NCBI GenBank assembly: GCA_028534125.1
Contig: CM052817.1
Span: 76,820,001 to 76,884,000 of the forward strand
Length of the DNA stretch: 64,000 bases
From: Lama glama
Lineage: Eukaryota
Direction of reading: 5' to 3'
Shown here: positions 25,810-38,299 of the stretch, piece after piece
Layout of the letters: each line of letters begins with the position of its first letter
Position numbering within the stretch: the stretch's first letter is position 1
The notes under the pieces: model-generated
The model's database searches: none
What the model saw: the letters and a program-made list of their open reading frames with translations, nothing else
Told to the model about the DNA's origin: nothing
Position numbers and translations under genes: made by a program

Positions 25810-26685
25810 AGAGATGCCAGAGGAAAGGTAAGTTAACTTAAAGATAGATCAATAAAAATTATCCAACTGGAAGAGCACAGACTGAAAAAGGTTCAGGAAA
25901 AATAAAGAGCCTCAGTGATCTCAGCAACTTATCAAAAGTCTAGCATATGGGTAAAGTCCAAAGAAAAGTGAGGAACTATTTGAAGAAGTAATAGTATAAA
26001 TTTTCCTAAATTTGATGGAAAAAAAACATCAACTTATAGATCCTAAATGGAATAAATACAACTAGGCACAACATGGTAAAATTGTAGAAAACCAAAGACT
26101 AAGAGAAAATCTTGAGAGCAGCCAGAGGAGAAAAATATTACATACATTTGGACAATTTCATAGACGATATCTGACTTCACATCAGAAACAATGGAAGGAG
26201 AAGATGATAGAACAAATTTATTTAAAGTTCTGAAAAATAACCTGTCAATCCATATTTCTTTATCCAGCAAAAATATCTGTCAAAACTGAGGTAAAATAAA
26301 GGCATTTTTAAACAAATGAAGGCAGAGAGAATTCAATTCCATTAGACTTGCACTATAAGGAATGTAAGGGGAAGTTAGTTTTTCATTCAGCTGAAGGGAG
26401 ATGACATGAGATGGCAGTTCAGATCTATGGAAATGAAACACCAGAAATTGTAATATGTGAGTAAATATAAAAAATGCATTTATTCTCTTCATTTCAGGAA
26501 AGGCAACCGATAACTTAGAGCAAAAATAATTACATTGTATGGGGGTTTTATAATATATGTAGTAGTAGATAATGTTAACAATATATCAAAGAATAAGAAT
26601 TGACAGTATATGGAATTATACTGCATAAGGGGTTTGTATTTGTAAAGCAGGAAATGCAAAGTGATAAAGGAATAATGCAAAGAGA
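25810..26685 (+). mobile_element. Old L1 ORF1/inter-ORF fragment running into the gap
   Basis: agagaaaatcttgagagcagccagag...ctgacttcacatcagaaacaatggaagg...tatccagcaaaaatatc resembles the ORF1 C-terminal region. Confidence 0.8.
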
Positions 26686-27185
26686 NNNNNNNNNNNNNNN
26701 NNNNNNNNNNNNNNNNNNNNNNNNNNNNNNNNNNNNNNNNNNNNNNNNNNNNNNNNNNNNNNNNNNNNNNNNNNNNNNNNNNNNNNNNNNNNNNNNNNNN
26801 NNNNNNNNNNNNNNNNNNNNNNNNNNNNNNNNNNNNNNNNNNNNNNNNNNNNNNNNNNNNNNNNNNNNNNNNNNNNNNNNNNNNNNNNNNNNNNNNNNNN
26901 NNNNNNNNNNNNNNNNNNNNNNNNNNNNNNNNNNNNNNNNNNNNNNNNNNNNNNNNNNNNNNNNNNNNNNNNNNNNNNNNNNNNNNNNNNNNNNNNNNNN
27001 NNNNNNNNNNNNNNNNNNNNNNNNNNNNNNNNNNNNNNNNNNNNNNNNNNNNNNNNNNNNNNNNNNNNNNNNNNNNNNNNNNNNNNNNNNNNNNNNNNNN
27101 NNNNNNNNNNNNNNNNNNNNNNNNNNNNNNNNNNNNNNNNNNNNNNNNNNNNNNNNNNNNNNNNNNNNNNNNNNNNNNNNNNNNN
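26686..27185. other. Assembly gap (500 N)
   Basis: Run of N. Confidence 1.
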
Positions 27186-27189
27186 TAGA

Positions 27190-27800
27190 GACCTGCTTCT
27201 GCAGACAGTCATTCCTAACATCACTACTGTGGTGTCCCCAGCACTTAGTACAGCACCAAGCCCGGAGCAGGTGCTCAGGAGATACACGATGACTGCTTGA
27301 AGAATGATTAACTGGAAGGTATCTTTGAGTGAGTGAAGATCTGTCATCTACCATAGTTGCTTTTTTGTCCCATTTTGAGATGGAATGAATACATCTTCTT
27401 AGTATTAAATAAAACAGAGACATTAGCTCCAGCAAATTTACAGGTAAGTATAACCCTATTAATAGTGATATGTAATGCTAAAAATAATTTATGGTATTAG
27501 AATAAAGCAGAAGTGTCAGATTAACCTGTGAGTTTAATATGACACTGTAGTCAACTAACTCCACAAATAGCCATTGAGTGCTTACTCTGTGCCTGACACT
27601 GGGGGCTCAATGATAGACAAAAGAGGCATTATCTCTACCCTCCTAGAGTTTACAGTTAGACAAGGGAGACTGGCTTTAAAAAAATTTTAATTACAGTAGC
27701 ACCAAGAAGTACAAAGGAGAGGTACTTTCCACAGGGGCTGTGTGTGACAGCGGGGTCTTACCACATTTGGAATGTCAGCCACATACTGAGAAGTTTTCAC
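27190..27800. mobile_element. L2 3'-end fragments (plus about 27200-27315, minus about 27560-27800)
   Basis: gtgtccccagcacttagtacagcacc...; cattgagtgcttactctgtgcctgacactggggg. Confidence 0.6.
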
Positions 27801-29176
27801 AGGGGAACTGTGTGGAGGAGCTTAATTTTCCACACGTCCCTGTCTTCCTAGAGCTGCCCCACCAGTGAAAGCTCAGGAGAAGCTGCTACAGTGCCATCTA
27901 ATGCAGAAGAAGGAGTGACAGTGTCATGTAACAGGATAGACAGTTAAGTCCATCCTGAGATTTTCAGAGCTAACAGAGACAGAGAGATTCCCATTGTTGT
28001 TGGTAATGGTCAAGTTTGCAGTAGGGACAGGAAATTTTGAAAATCCACCCCAAAGACTAAATTTGGCCACAGCAAAGTGAGATATGTGGTTGGAAAAGGT
28101 TTGCAGAAGACTTCGAGAATCTTAATGTATCCATTTAAATATGGTGGACTGAATCCTACACTCGGGGACATACACTGGAATTCCCTTTGGCTTCAGGAGG
28201 AAACTTGCAGCGTTTAATGGAAAGGACATGTCTTTCAGTGTTTTATACCTGCTCACGGAGAAGGTAGCTTTGATAGTTTCCTAATAACCATCCTAAAGAG
28301 TGAGAGCAAACACGCCTCACCACTCTGCCTCCTCACAGCTAAGAACTGTATGAGTTATGTATCTTTCACTTCTGACAATAGGAACAAACTGAGACACTGC
28401 CATCTGAAATGCAAAATGTGCTAAGACCTTTTGTATCCAGCCAAAAACACTTTACAGCTAAAAGTGAAACAGAGGCACAGAGCGATGTGAGATTTTGTAT
28501 CCTGCTGTTGTACCTCAGACAATTATATCATTCATAAACATGTACCTAAATTTAAAGGTGCAATTACTTTTCAAAATGAAATAACTCCAGTTACAATGAA
28601 AAACTCACAGTTGTCCTGGTAATTTTGATTTGCTTAAATTACACCTAAACCTGTGCTAGAGTGTTTTAAAGAGTAGGATTTCTTTTAGAGCACGTCAGAT
28701 CACTTAATAGCATTTTACCTGACAGAGGGGTGGTGTGCCACAGACCTCCCCTGATGTACCCAGTCCCCCACCTCCTCCCTCTGGGGTGTCCCTCAGACTT
28801 GTCCCCACCCCCATTCACTCTGCTCTGTGATCACTTACAGATGATTGGACTGTGAGAAATGAGCCTGTACTGGCTTGCCAGAGTTGACTCTCTTAACCCT
28901 GCTCTGTAATATCTTCCACATTCTTGATTAATCCATTTTCCCCGAAAATCTCATCCTTATCATGTTATTTCCCCAATCAGGAAAGTTTAGTGACTCCCTA
29001 CAGGATTTCTCAGTGATGAACTTCTGTGCTATCTAAACTCTCCATAATCTGAGTTACCCATACTTTGTACAATTTATTTTTTAGGTCCTCCTCACTTCTT
29101 CCTTCAGCTCTTCATGAGAGTGTCCCTTGCCCAATATTGTACTATGCCTGCCTCTGTAAAGTTCCCTCTGTCTCAA

Positions 29177-29509
29177 CAAATGAACTTATTTACAAAACAG
29201 AAATAGACTCACCGACATAGAAAACAAACTTACGGTTACCAAAGGGGAAAGAGGGAAGGCGGGGATAAATTAGGAATTTAGGATTAATAGATACAAACTA
29301 CTATATATAAAATAAACAACAAGGACCTACTGTATAGCACAGGGAACTGTATTCAATATCTTGTAATGACCTAAAATGAGAAAGAATCTGAAAAAGAATA
29401 TGTATTTTTATATATAAATATGCATAACTGAATCACTTTGCTATATACCTGAAACACTGTAAATCAACCATACATCAATAAATTTTTTAACTTAATTAAA
29501 AAATTTTTA
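29177..29509 (+). mobile_element. 5'-truncated L1 3' UTR inserted into L2 remnants
   Basis: caaatgaacttatttacaaaacagaaatagactcacc...ctgtatagcacagggaac...; degenerate 19-bp TSD aaagttccctctgtctcaa / aaatttccacctatctcaa. Confidence 0.92.
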
Positions 29510-30884
29510 AAATTTCCACCTATCTCAAATGCCTATTCATATTCCCCTCATCCTTCAAGGCTCTGCCCCACATCCAACACACAACACCCCCTTCCCTGCA
29601 TTGCAGACTACATGCTCCCCTACTTGCCATGGCATCTTTCTTCTCACATCCTGTGACAGACATTTGTCTCTGATCAACAACCCATACATTATTATTTGTC
29701 ATTCGAGTCACCATCTCTACCTAATAATTCTAGACCCTTTAAAGAAATTCATTCTGCTGAAATTTATATTTTAAACACAAAGATAGTTACCCCATAAAAA
29801 TTTGAATGAATGATACAGATTCCCTAAATATTTGAATGAATAAAGTACAATACATAATTTACAGGGGAAATGGGATATTTATCCTGTAAACATCTGGCAG
29901 TTATAATGCAGAATATTATATTATTCATAAATATAAATATATATTATTCAAAATATTGCTCATTGCATATTTCATAGGTGAATATCAGAAAATTTTAGAG
30001 TCTTGGTGATCATTTATTCTAACCTTATCATTTTACTCAGAGGGTGCCAGGGCCAAAATGGCAATGAATAAAATACAGAAGTGCAATAAACCCTAATATT
30101 ATGAAAAACACCAGCTATGATCTTCTTCACCAGTGCTTTCAGCTGTCTTACAGCTAGCTTTCAGCCTGCCTTCTGGACAATAATCAGACCCCTCAACTTT
30201 TTCTGTATTCCATGATATCTCCTTGAAAAGTGCCAAGACCAAGAAGACTCAAATAAACTTCTGCTCTAGGAAGCACCCATGTTTCTTTCCTATTATTTTT
30301 CAAAGGTTACTAAAACCTGAAAAGGATTTGAAATTATAGCATAACAAGGTGTTTCATGAAGTTTCAGGTGTTTTCATTATGTTTTTTGAAAACACTTTTA
30401 CAGTACTTTTTTCATACAATTATTGAGCTTCGCCAAAAAGCAGAAACTAATGTCTTAATTGTAGCATTTAATGAAATATATCCAAGCTTTTATGAATTTT
30501 CAGCACATGTAGTTAAACACAAATAGCGTGAGCCTGTATTACATGGTGTAGCAGTGTATGCTCAAGTGACCTCTCTGTGGTCTCAGGTCTATTTGATCTA
30601 GAGTTTGATGCAAAGCTCAGTGAGTAAAAGGAAATTCCTTATTAGCCCAATGCCTTTTCTACACTAGGGGCAGAGACTTATGTTCAATGGAGTCCTTTTC
30701 CTCTTTCTACCCGCCCCTTGTCCTCATCCAGATCTGGGAGAAGGAAAGAGAGGCTTTCTTACTTATCATACATCAGTTCATCTGCCTAACAGGTTGCCCC
30801 TGGGGCCAGTCAACAGGATGAAAACTCGCTCATTTTAATGCTGCAGACTGGATGTTTGATTTTCTATTCTATTCTACTTTTCAG

Positions 30885-31042
30885 ACTATATTTTCTGTGA
30901 GTCCTGATCCAGTGACACAAATGTGCTGCAATGGTGACATAAACTATTGACTGAGACTGGAAGTATCTGAAACACCACCTTTTCTTCTTTCATTTTGTTT
31001 ATGGTGCTTCTGTTGGAACAGCCTAAGCAAAGTATATACAAC
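30885..31042 (+). other. NDST3: 5' UTR part of the NDST3 first coding exon
   Basis: Polypyrimidine tract plus acceptor (tttctattctattctacttttcag|) ends at 30884, 158 nt upstream of the ATG; implies an upstream non-coding exon. Confidence 0.8.
30921..30950 (+). promoter_or_regulatory. uORF1 (MCCNGDINY*) with an overlapping uORF2 at 30931-30942 (MVT*) in the NDST3 leader
   Basis: atg tgc tgc aat ggt gac ata aac tat tga; atg gtg aca taa, read directly from the sequence. Confidence 0.7.
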
Positions 31043-32023
31043 ATGAGTTTTATCCTGAAGCTGCACAGACATTTTCAAAGGACGGTTCTTCTGCTTGCCA
31101 CATTCTGTATGGTGAGCATTATTATTTCTGCGTACTACCTGTACAGTGGCTACAAGCAGGAAAGTGAGCTGTCTGAGATGGCTGCAGAAGTAGACTGCGG
31201 GGACTTCCAGCACCTACCGTATAGGCCGATGGAAGTGAAGACAGTGAAGCTCTCGGATGCCTCGAGGACAGACCCCACGGTGCTGGTGTTTGTGGAAAGC
31301 CAGTACTCGTCACTTGGTCAAGACATCATTATGATTCTAGAATCCAGTCGATTCCAGTATCACATTGAAATTGCTCCCGGAAAAGGGGATCTCCCAGCAC
31401 TTATAGAAAAAACTAGAGGCAAATATATGCTCATTATTTACGAGAATATTTTAAAGTATATAAATATGGACTCTTGGAATCGAAGCCTTTTGGATAAATA
31501 CTGTGTTGAATATGGGGTAGGCGTCATTGGATTCCACAAAACCAGTGAGAAGAGCCTACAGAGCTTTCAGCTGAAAGGTTTCCCTTTTTCTATCTATGGA
31601 AACCTTGCTGTGAAAGACTGTTGTATTAATCCTCATTCTCCATTGCTTCATGTGACCAAATCTTCTAAGCTTGAAAAAGGTTCTTTACCGGGAAGTGACT
31701 GGACAGTTTTCCAGGTTAATCACTCAGCCTACCAACCAGTAATATTTGCCAAAGTAAAGACCCCAGAAAACCTTTCTCCTCCCATCTCTAAAGGTGCTTT
31801 TTATGCCACTGTTGTACATGACCTGGGGCTCCATGATGGAATTCAAAGAGTTCTTTTTGGCAACAACTTGAGCTTTTGGCTGCACAAGCTCATCTTCATA
31901 GATGCTGTTTCCTTCTTGTCAGGGAAGAGGCTGACATTGTCCTTGGACAGGTACATACTTGTGGATATTGATGATATCTTTGTGGGAAAGGAAGGCACAA
32001 GAATGAACACCAATGACGTGAAG
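31043..32023 (+). CDS. NDST3: NDST3 first coding exon (codons 1-327): cytoplasmic tail, type II TM anchor, N-terminal domain and start of the N-deacetylase domain; partial CDS
   Basis: Translates [37 protein letters not shown]...[15 protein letters not shown]...[48 protein letters not shown], which I recognise as NDST3 (the N-terminus distinguishes it from NDST1/2/4). 981 nt, ending at a phase-0 donor AAG|GTAAGG (GT 32024-32025). No downstream NDST3 exon seen in the remaining 32 kb. Confidence 0.96.
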
Positions 32024-33787
32024 GTAAGGCTGTCTTATCTCAAAGTGTCAGAGTTTGGTTCTCCTTTCAGTAGGTTGCCTGGGGCTAGGGGATTTTCCGG
32101 GACATAATGTTTTATGACTTGATTTGATTGGGAAATTTTTAGACAAACTGGAATGAGTTGGCTACCCTCAGCTCTTTTTGAGACATGGGGCTATATCTCA
32201 GCCTTAGAACAACTAATTAGATATATATTTTTTCTTTGAATCAAGAAAAAAATAAAGATTGTACAAAAGGACTGAGTGGCAGAATCCGGGAATGCATTTC
32301 TTTGTATATTTCTATGTGTATTTAAAACTACAGAGTGGAAACCACTTTGTTTAATTACTGTCCAGTGCAGTTATCTACCTTAGTAAACTATTACTAACCT
32401 AAGACTTTAGTCCCTTTAAATATGAAATCAAGGTGAATTTGTTTTAATGAAAATAAATACTCCCACAAATTTTCAAGAATTAAAGATCTTATAAGTAGCA
32501 AGTTCAGATATTTTTGGAAGTCATATGTGCAGCTCATTTTCTCTTATGACTTTTTTGAAACTCTGAAAATTAGCACTACTAAATATGGAGCACTGTGAAT
32601 ACACAAGCATACTTATTCATGTAGAAACATAAGGGTTTGCATTAAGTTTCAAAATTCATTGAACACCTCTGGTACACATATGAAGCCTATCATGCTACAT
32701 TTATATCGGATTTTATTTATTATTGTGTAAAACTGCTGCCTCTAGATAGAAAACAATTATACAAAGATAGGTGGTTATTATTGTGGATGGATTGTATTGC
32801 ATAAACAACTGGCTGTTTAATATGAATGGAATTTAAAATTAAAATGATCCTCATTTATCTTCGTTTCCCATTCAAAATGCCGTTGGATTCTATCTCTATT
32901 ATACTATGTATTGATTTCTCATAAAAGTGAAAGGAGAGATTTTGATACGTAATTTTTTTTTCTATACAACTTTGACCTTTTGGTAAAATATAAAGAACTA
33001 AATCCGATGGGAATAAAAAGTGTTGAAAACTTTATTCTTTTCTCTAGACACTAAGCATCTGTCAAATAATAGTAATGTTCATCACACTACTTAAATGAGC
33101 TAAGAATACCAGAAAGACCATTAAATGTTATTAGATGTTACTACAAGAGAGTGTGAAGACTGAAAAGAAAAAAAAATCTTCATATTCTTGGCAACATTAT
33201 AGACTCTTCCGTTTAAGTCGATATAAATGAATTAATAAAGAAGTTGTACTTAAGTTTTCATTAGTCTTCTAAAATAGTCTTTGAAAATGTAGCTAAATTA
33301 AAACCAAGCTGATAGTTTAAACATTGATTATGTCCTTGAAAATTATAAACAATATATAATTCTCTTCCTAATTTTTCCATTACAAAATGTTATGACAAAA
33401 ATGTTTTTTAAGGTTTTATTTCTGAAATATGTCTTTAAAACTGCCAAAATATGTTGTTATGCCATTTTAAAATATGCTAGATAAATCTCTGAGTTTTTTA
33501 TGTGAACCCTACTATATCCTCTAAAATTATACAAAATACAGAATGCTGTTAGTGGTCTAAAGGTTAAGCCATTTTCAAGTGGTATAAAAAATTAAAACCT
33601 TACTGAACACATTCAATAAGAATTTAATATGTGTAAAATATTTTGTGAATTGCTCACACCTAGATGGGGATATATTTTCTAATCAACCTAAAGGCTTAAA
33701 AGAAAGTATATTTTGAATTATTTGGTTTTTTTAACCACTTCTAAACTGTATCTATGATTGTGTCTCAAACAATAGCCTAAACATAGT

Positions 33788-35120
33788 CATTCACTCATTC
33801 ATTCATTCTTTCATTGATTCATTCTGTAACTAGTTATTAAGCGTGTACTACATATGAACTATTTTTGGTGATAGGTAAATAGAGTCATAAACCATGATCT
33901 CATCCCTTTGGAAGAGAAGGGGAGGGGAGTACATTTACAGAAGCCCAGAAAGCACAGAAGATAGTGCTGAGCAGCTGCCTGCTCAGGACTTGAAATGGCC
34001 AAATCACATGATGCCAGGCACAGAGGCAGGCACTAGGGATACAAAGGTAAAGCGTGGCTCCCCCTTAATGAGCGCACTACTACTGTCTTGCTGGGGGGGT
34101 GGGTAGGGGTGATAAATAGGCAGATCTATTTGCAATGTCATGAGTACAACAGTAAAGGTGCCTGCATGGTTTTATACAAGTAATGCTGTGTGAAACACAA
34201 CACTGTGTGCTGTGCACCAGAAACTATAAAGTCCTATTAAGCAGAACAGATTTAGAAGGCAAGACTGTAGTGATATGATGATTTGGGAGGCTGGAGCGAT
34301 GATATTCAGAGAAAAGAAGGAGATTTCTAGAAACTAGGAAATGAGACTAAGGAGACGGAAGGACCAGTTTAAGAACCATACAGAAGGTAAAACTGAACAA
34401 CTCAGTAATTGGATCAGTGGAGATGAAAGAGCATATAATCAAGGACTATATTAAAAGTTTTAGCATAGGTGAATAATAGTTGAGTATTCCAACAACAAAG
34501 AAGGAGGAGAGAACAAGAAGGTCAGCGTGAAGGTCTTTAGAGGTCATATTAAAATTTTCAGTTTTATTGAATTGCATCTGGGATATACAGGGATAGATGT
34601 TTGGCAGGTAGTTAGTTCACAGAGAAGTCTGGGCAGAAAGTATAGGTCTTGAAATTATCTTTCTATATAGCGAATGACTCAAAGCGTGAAAGTATGTGAG
34701 ATCAGCCAGGGAAAGGGTTTATAGGGTGATAAGGGCTTAAGAAGATCAAGTGCAGAATCTTAAGGAAAATCACCTTTCAGAAACCAAGTGGAGAGAGAGG
34801 ATCCCATGAATAAAATCAAAAAAAACAGTCAGAGACTAGAAAGCTATGATGCTACAGAAACCTTGGGCATGAAGAGCTTCAGTGAGGGTGTGATCAGCAG
34901 TATAAACTCTAACAGTAGCATCCACTGAGGCAAGAACTGGCAAGTCTCCTTTGGCAAAAGATAAAGGTCATGGGGGCTCTTACAAAATCCAGGGTATGGA
35001 GTGATCAAGACAGCGGCACAGCTGCAGAAAGTTCAGGAGTAAATTAGAGGGTTAAGATGAGGCGGAGGAGAGTGTAGCATACTCAGTGGAGAAATTTTGA
35101 TACAAAAGGGAGAAGAGTAG
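33788..35120 (-). mobile_element. L2 fragments
   Basis: (CATT)n tail at 33788-33822 followed by a purine-rich diverged L2 body. Confidence 0.6.
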
Positions 35121-35142
35121 TTAGCTGGAGGGTGGACTGCAG

Positions 35143-35230
35143 TTAGGGTGACCAACCATCCCGGTTTGCTTGGACTGAGGACATTCAATGCTAAAACTCA
35201 GAGTCCCAGGCAAACTGGAATGATAGGTCT
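35143..35230. mobile_element. hAT-Blackjack MITE (MER81/MER94-like)
   Basis: tagggtgaccaaccatcccggtttgcttggactg...gtcccaggcaaactggaatgataggtc; imperfect terminal inverted repeats. Confidence 0.7.
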
Positions 35231-35479
35231 TCATATCCAAGGCAAGGGAAGGATTTCTTCCTAGGAAGGTCCAAGAGCAGGTGGTCTAAGAAAAGGTCAT
35301 GAATGTGGTGATTAATAGTACATAATTCATAGAAACATTTTAATCAAATTCTTTTATTTAATAATTACCACTAATGAGCAAGTGTTTTATTTTCCCTATT
35401 TGATGTATTTGGAAAATTGAAAGGAACATGAGAAAATTGAAGGTAACATAGAATGTTTCTTGCAAAATTAGAAGGATAG

Positions 35480-35537
35480 TATATATATATATGTGTGTAT
35501 ATATGTGTGTGTGTGTATGTGTGTATATATATATATA
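35480..35537. repeat. Compound (TA)n/(TG)n microsatellite
   Basis: Read directly. Confidence 0.9.
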
Positions 35538-37700
35538 AATTTTAACTACTATGCTAATCACTGCAAAAGGGGGGGTTTTTTCCTTATGTGGAACCAAAAA
35601 AAAATTTTCTTTATTTGATTGGAAAATTAGAATTAGCAATGCAGTAACAGTTTTTACCTGCCTAGATACTGAATAATATGAGCATGTTTTAAAGAGTCTC
35701 AAAGCTACAGAAGAAACTATGATGTGGCACAAAATATATGGCTCTTCAAGAGGAAGGAAATAAATGACAGACCTAAGGTGTTGTCTTCATTAGTTGCAGA
35801 AATTACAACCCACAAGCCACAGCCCTTAGGGAACCAAAGAACATAGTTTGGACAATTAAAATATTCTTCAAAAGTGGCAGTACTACTTTCAATTAAATTG
35901 AAGTCAGGAAAAGGAGTGTGTGCGTGTGTGTGCGTGTGTGATTGAACTACAAGGACAAGGCTTGCCTCAAATTCACCATGGACTAGTTTTGTGATGTTAG
36001 AATATTCAAGTTCCTAGTGTTCTAAGACCTATCCTCCAACTTCCTGAGACTAAGCTTACAGAAAGGGCTTCTGGAGACGGAAAGTGGTGTATAAATAGCT
36101 GCTTCTCCCGTGAAAGCATTTTAAAGTTACACATGAAAGCACAGCACGACCGAATGAATACTAACAATTCAAATTCTCTCTTACAAGAATGAATTCACTC
36201 TTGGCCTAAGATTCATTATAGCTTTAGACTTAGACCATTTCATGTAACGTTCCACCCCTAAGATAGATGGGAAGTGGAAAAGAGAGGAGACTGATAAAAG
36301 TGGACTTTCAGGGCTTTACAGAACTGTCTGCAGCTAGACTTGGAACAAATGGAAGAGCTGTATGATCACGCCTGTTTCTCCTGCCTTCTCTTTCTGTAAT
36401 AGGCACACATTCTCTTTCTAACTTTGACAAACTTTCTAACATCCATGAGAAAATGAAGAACCAGCCCGGCCGCATCTGAACACACTAAAGAGCCTCTAAT
36501 CCGACTGGAGGGACCCGCGGCCCTTCCCTCTCCTCACCACCCCAACCTTTCCCAGCGTGCCCTCGTCCTTCACTATTCCTTAATTTGGCTGGTTGTAGAT
36601 TACCCCTGAAATCTACATTTTTAAGTGGCCTTATAAGAGAGGACAGTTCTTCAATCTTTGATACAATGCCAGGAGTGACTTTCATTCTTTTCCACACTAA
36701 CTGAAGGTCTCAGAGCGCCTAAGGAAAAGAAAGTGCTGAAAATAGCAGTAGGAAGCCGTACACACCCGCGAACTAAGTGGTATCCGGCTTAGGAGTCAGA
36801 CTTGGCTGACTTCTCCATCTTGCTAAGAGCTGACCCTCAGGGCTGGAACTGGAGTGTGAAGGGACCTCCGTGCTGCCTGACTTCACCCTCTCATGAGAAC
36901 CCTCCCTGCCCCAGCTGCGATCAAGCCAGAGGCTACGGAAAATCATTGAGAAAGAACCTGACATTCCAAATGTTTAGCGGGGGCAAGGCGACTGCTATCA
37001 GTTATTCTGTCATAAGTGAAAATAGAAAGGAAACAAATTTCTCCAGATAGTTCTCTATGGACCATGCTCTGGATGGATGTCAAGGCCCGTTCATAGCACC
37101 AATCTCTTTTTCCCTCCAAATTCATATTTCTCAAATTCCTTTCCATTATCTCTGATGTTTCTCATCTTTTATTTGCTAATATCCATTATAATTGCATTAT
37201 ACTCTGGAAGCATGTGTCTGTCTGATACCAATACCTTACATTTGCTAGAATCACTTTATGACCAGACACAATATACCTTGTGTACGTGACAACAACATAG
37301 TCTCCAGTCAAGGTGTACCTACCTATTAGCTCAACTTTGTTAACTGTGTTGTTCTAACTTCTGTGTTCTTCCTGTTTTGATCTCTTTTGGATGGAGGGGA
37401 AGGAATGGGGTATACCACTTGATGTTACCAAATTAGGTGTGTTTAATTCTCCAGCTCTGATAGTGGATTGTAAATATTTCCCTGCTTTTCTGTCAATTTT
37501 TACATTATGTATTTTGAAGCTATGCTATTTAAGGATGTGTATGTATACATATTTATATATTAATTTAATATTTTATTATTCTGTGGTTATCTTAATACTA
37601 ACATAGCTACACTACCTTTTTCTGCTTACTCTGTAAAAATTATACTTTATCTCATCTTTTTATTTGTTCTCTCTTCTGTCTTTACATTATAAATTAGTTT

Positions 37701-37791
37701 CTTTTTTAAATGGAAGTATTGGGGATTGAACCCAGAACTTCATGCATGCTAACTAAGCATGTGCTCTGTCACTGAGCCATACCCTCCCCCC
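37701..37791 (-). mobile_element. tRNA-Ala-derived SINE (Vic-1-like) with a perfect 12-bp TSD
   Basis: TSD ataaattagttt at 37689-37700 and 37792-37803; body ggggattgaacccag...catgctaactaagcatgtgctct...gagccataccctcccc. Confidence 0.92.
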
Positions 37792-38299
37792 ATAAATTAG
37801 TTTTGAAAACAGCTTTCTATGAATTTTGCTTTTTATCTACTATGTCAATATTTGACTTTTAATTAACAGATCAGTCTACATACTTTTAATATGGTCATCA
37901 ATGTGATTAATTTCAGCTACTTTATTTTGTGCTTTATATTTGTCCCAGTTGTTTTGTTTCTTCTTTTCTCTCCCTCTGTCCTTTATTGCCTTTATTGTCA
38001 GTTTTCTTCTTTTTTCTACCCATTCTTGGTTTGAAATATATATATTTTGTCTCCACTAGTAGTTTCTCAAGAAATGTAAACATATGTGCTAATAAGCAAG
38101 TGCTAACATTAATATCCTCACACCTTAGTCGAAAAGTACAAAGTACTTTATCTCCAATCGTGTCCACTCTCCTTTGACTGGTGAACCATTCTTGTTTTGA
38201 ATGTTACCTATGTTGTTGCTTAATCCCAGATATTAGACATTATTATTTGTATTACCATCAACTTTTTGATTAGATCAACCTATTCCTTTTCAATAAATA

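Noticed and set aside
30944..31313. Antisense ORFs over the NDST3 exon
   Set aside because: Shadow frames of the real CDS with no independent support.
30995..32107. 370-aa ORF taken as a complete single-exon gene
   Set aside because: It starts at a TTG in the UTR and reads through the splice donor at 32024; NDST3 similarity covers only 31043-32023.
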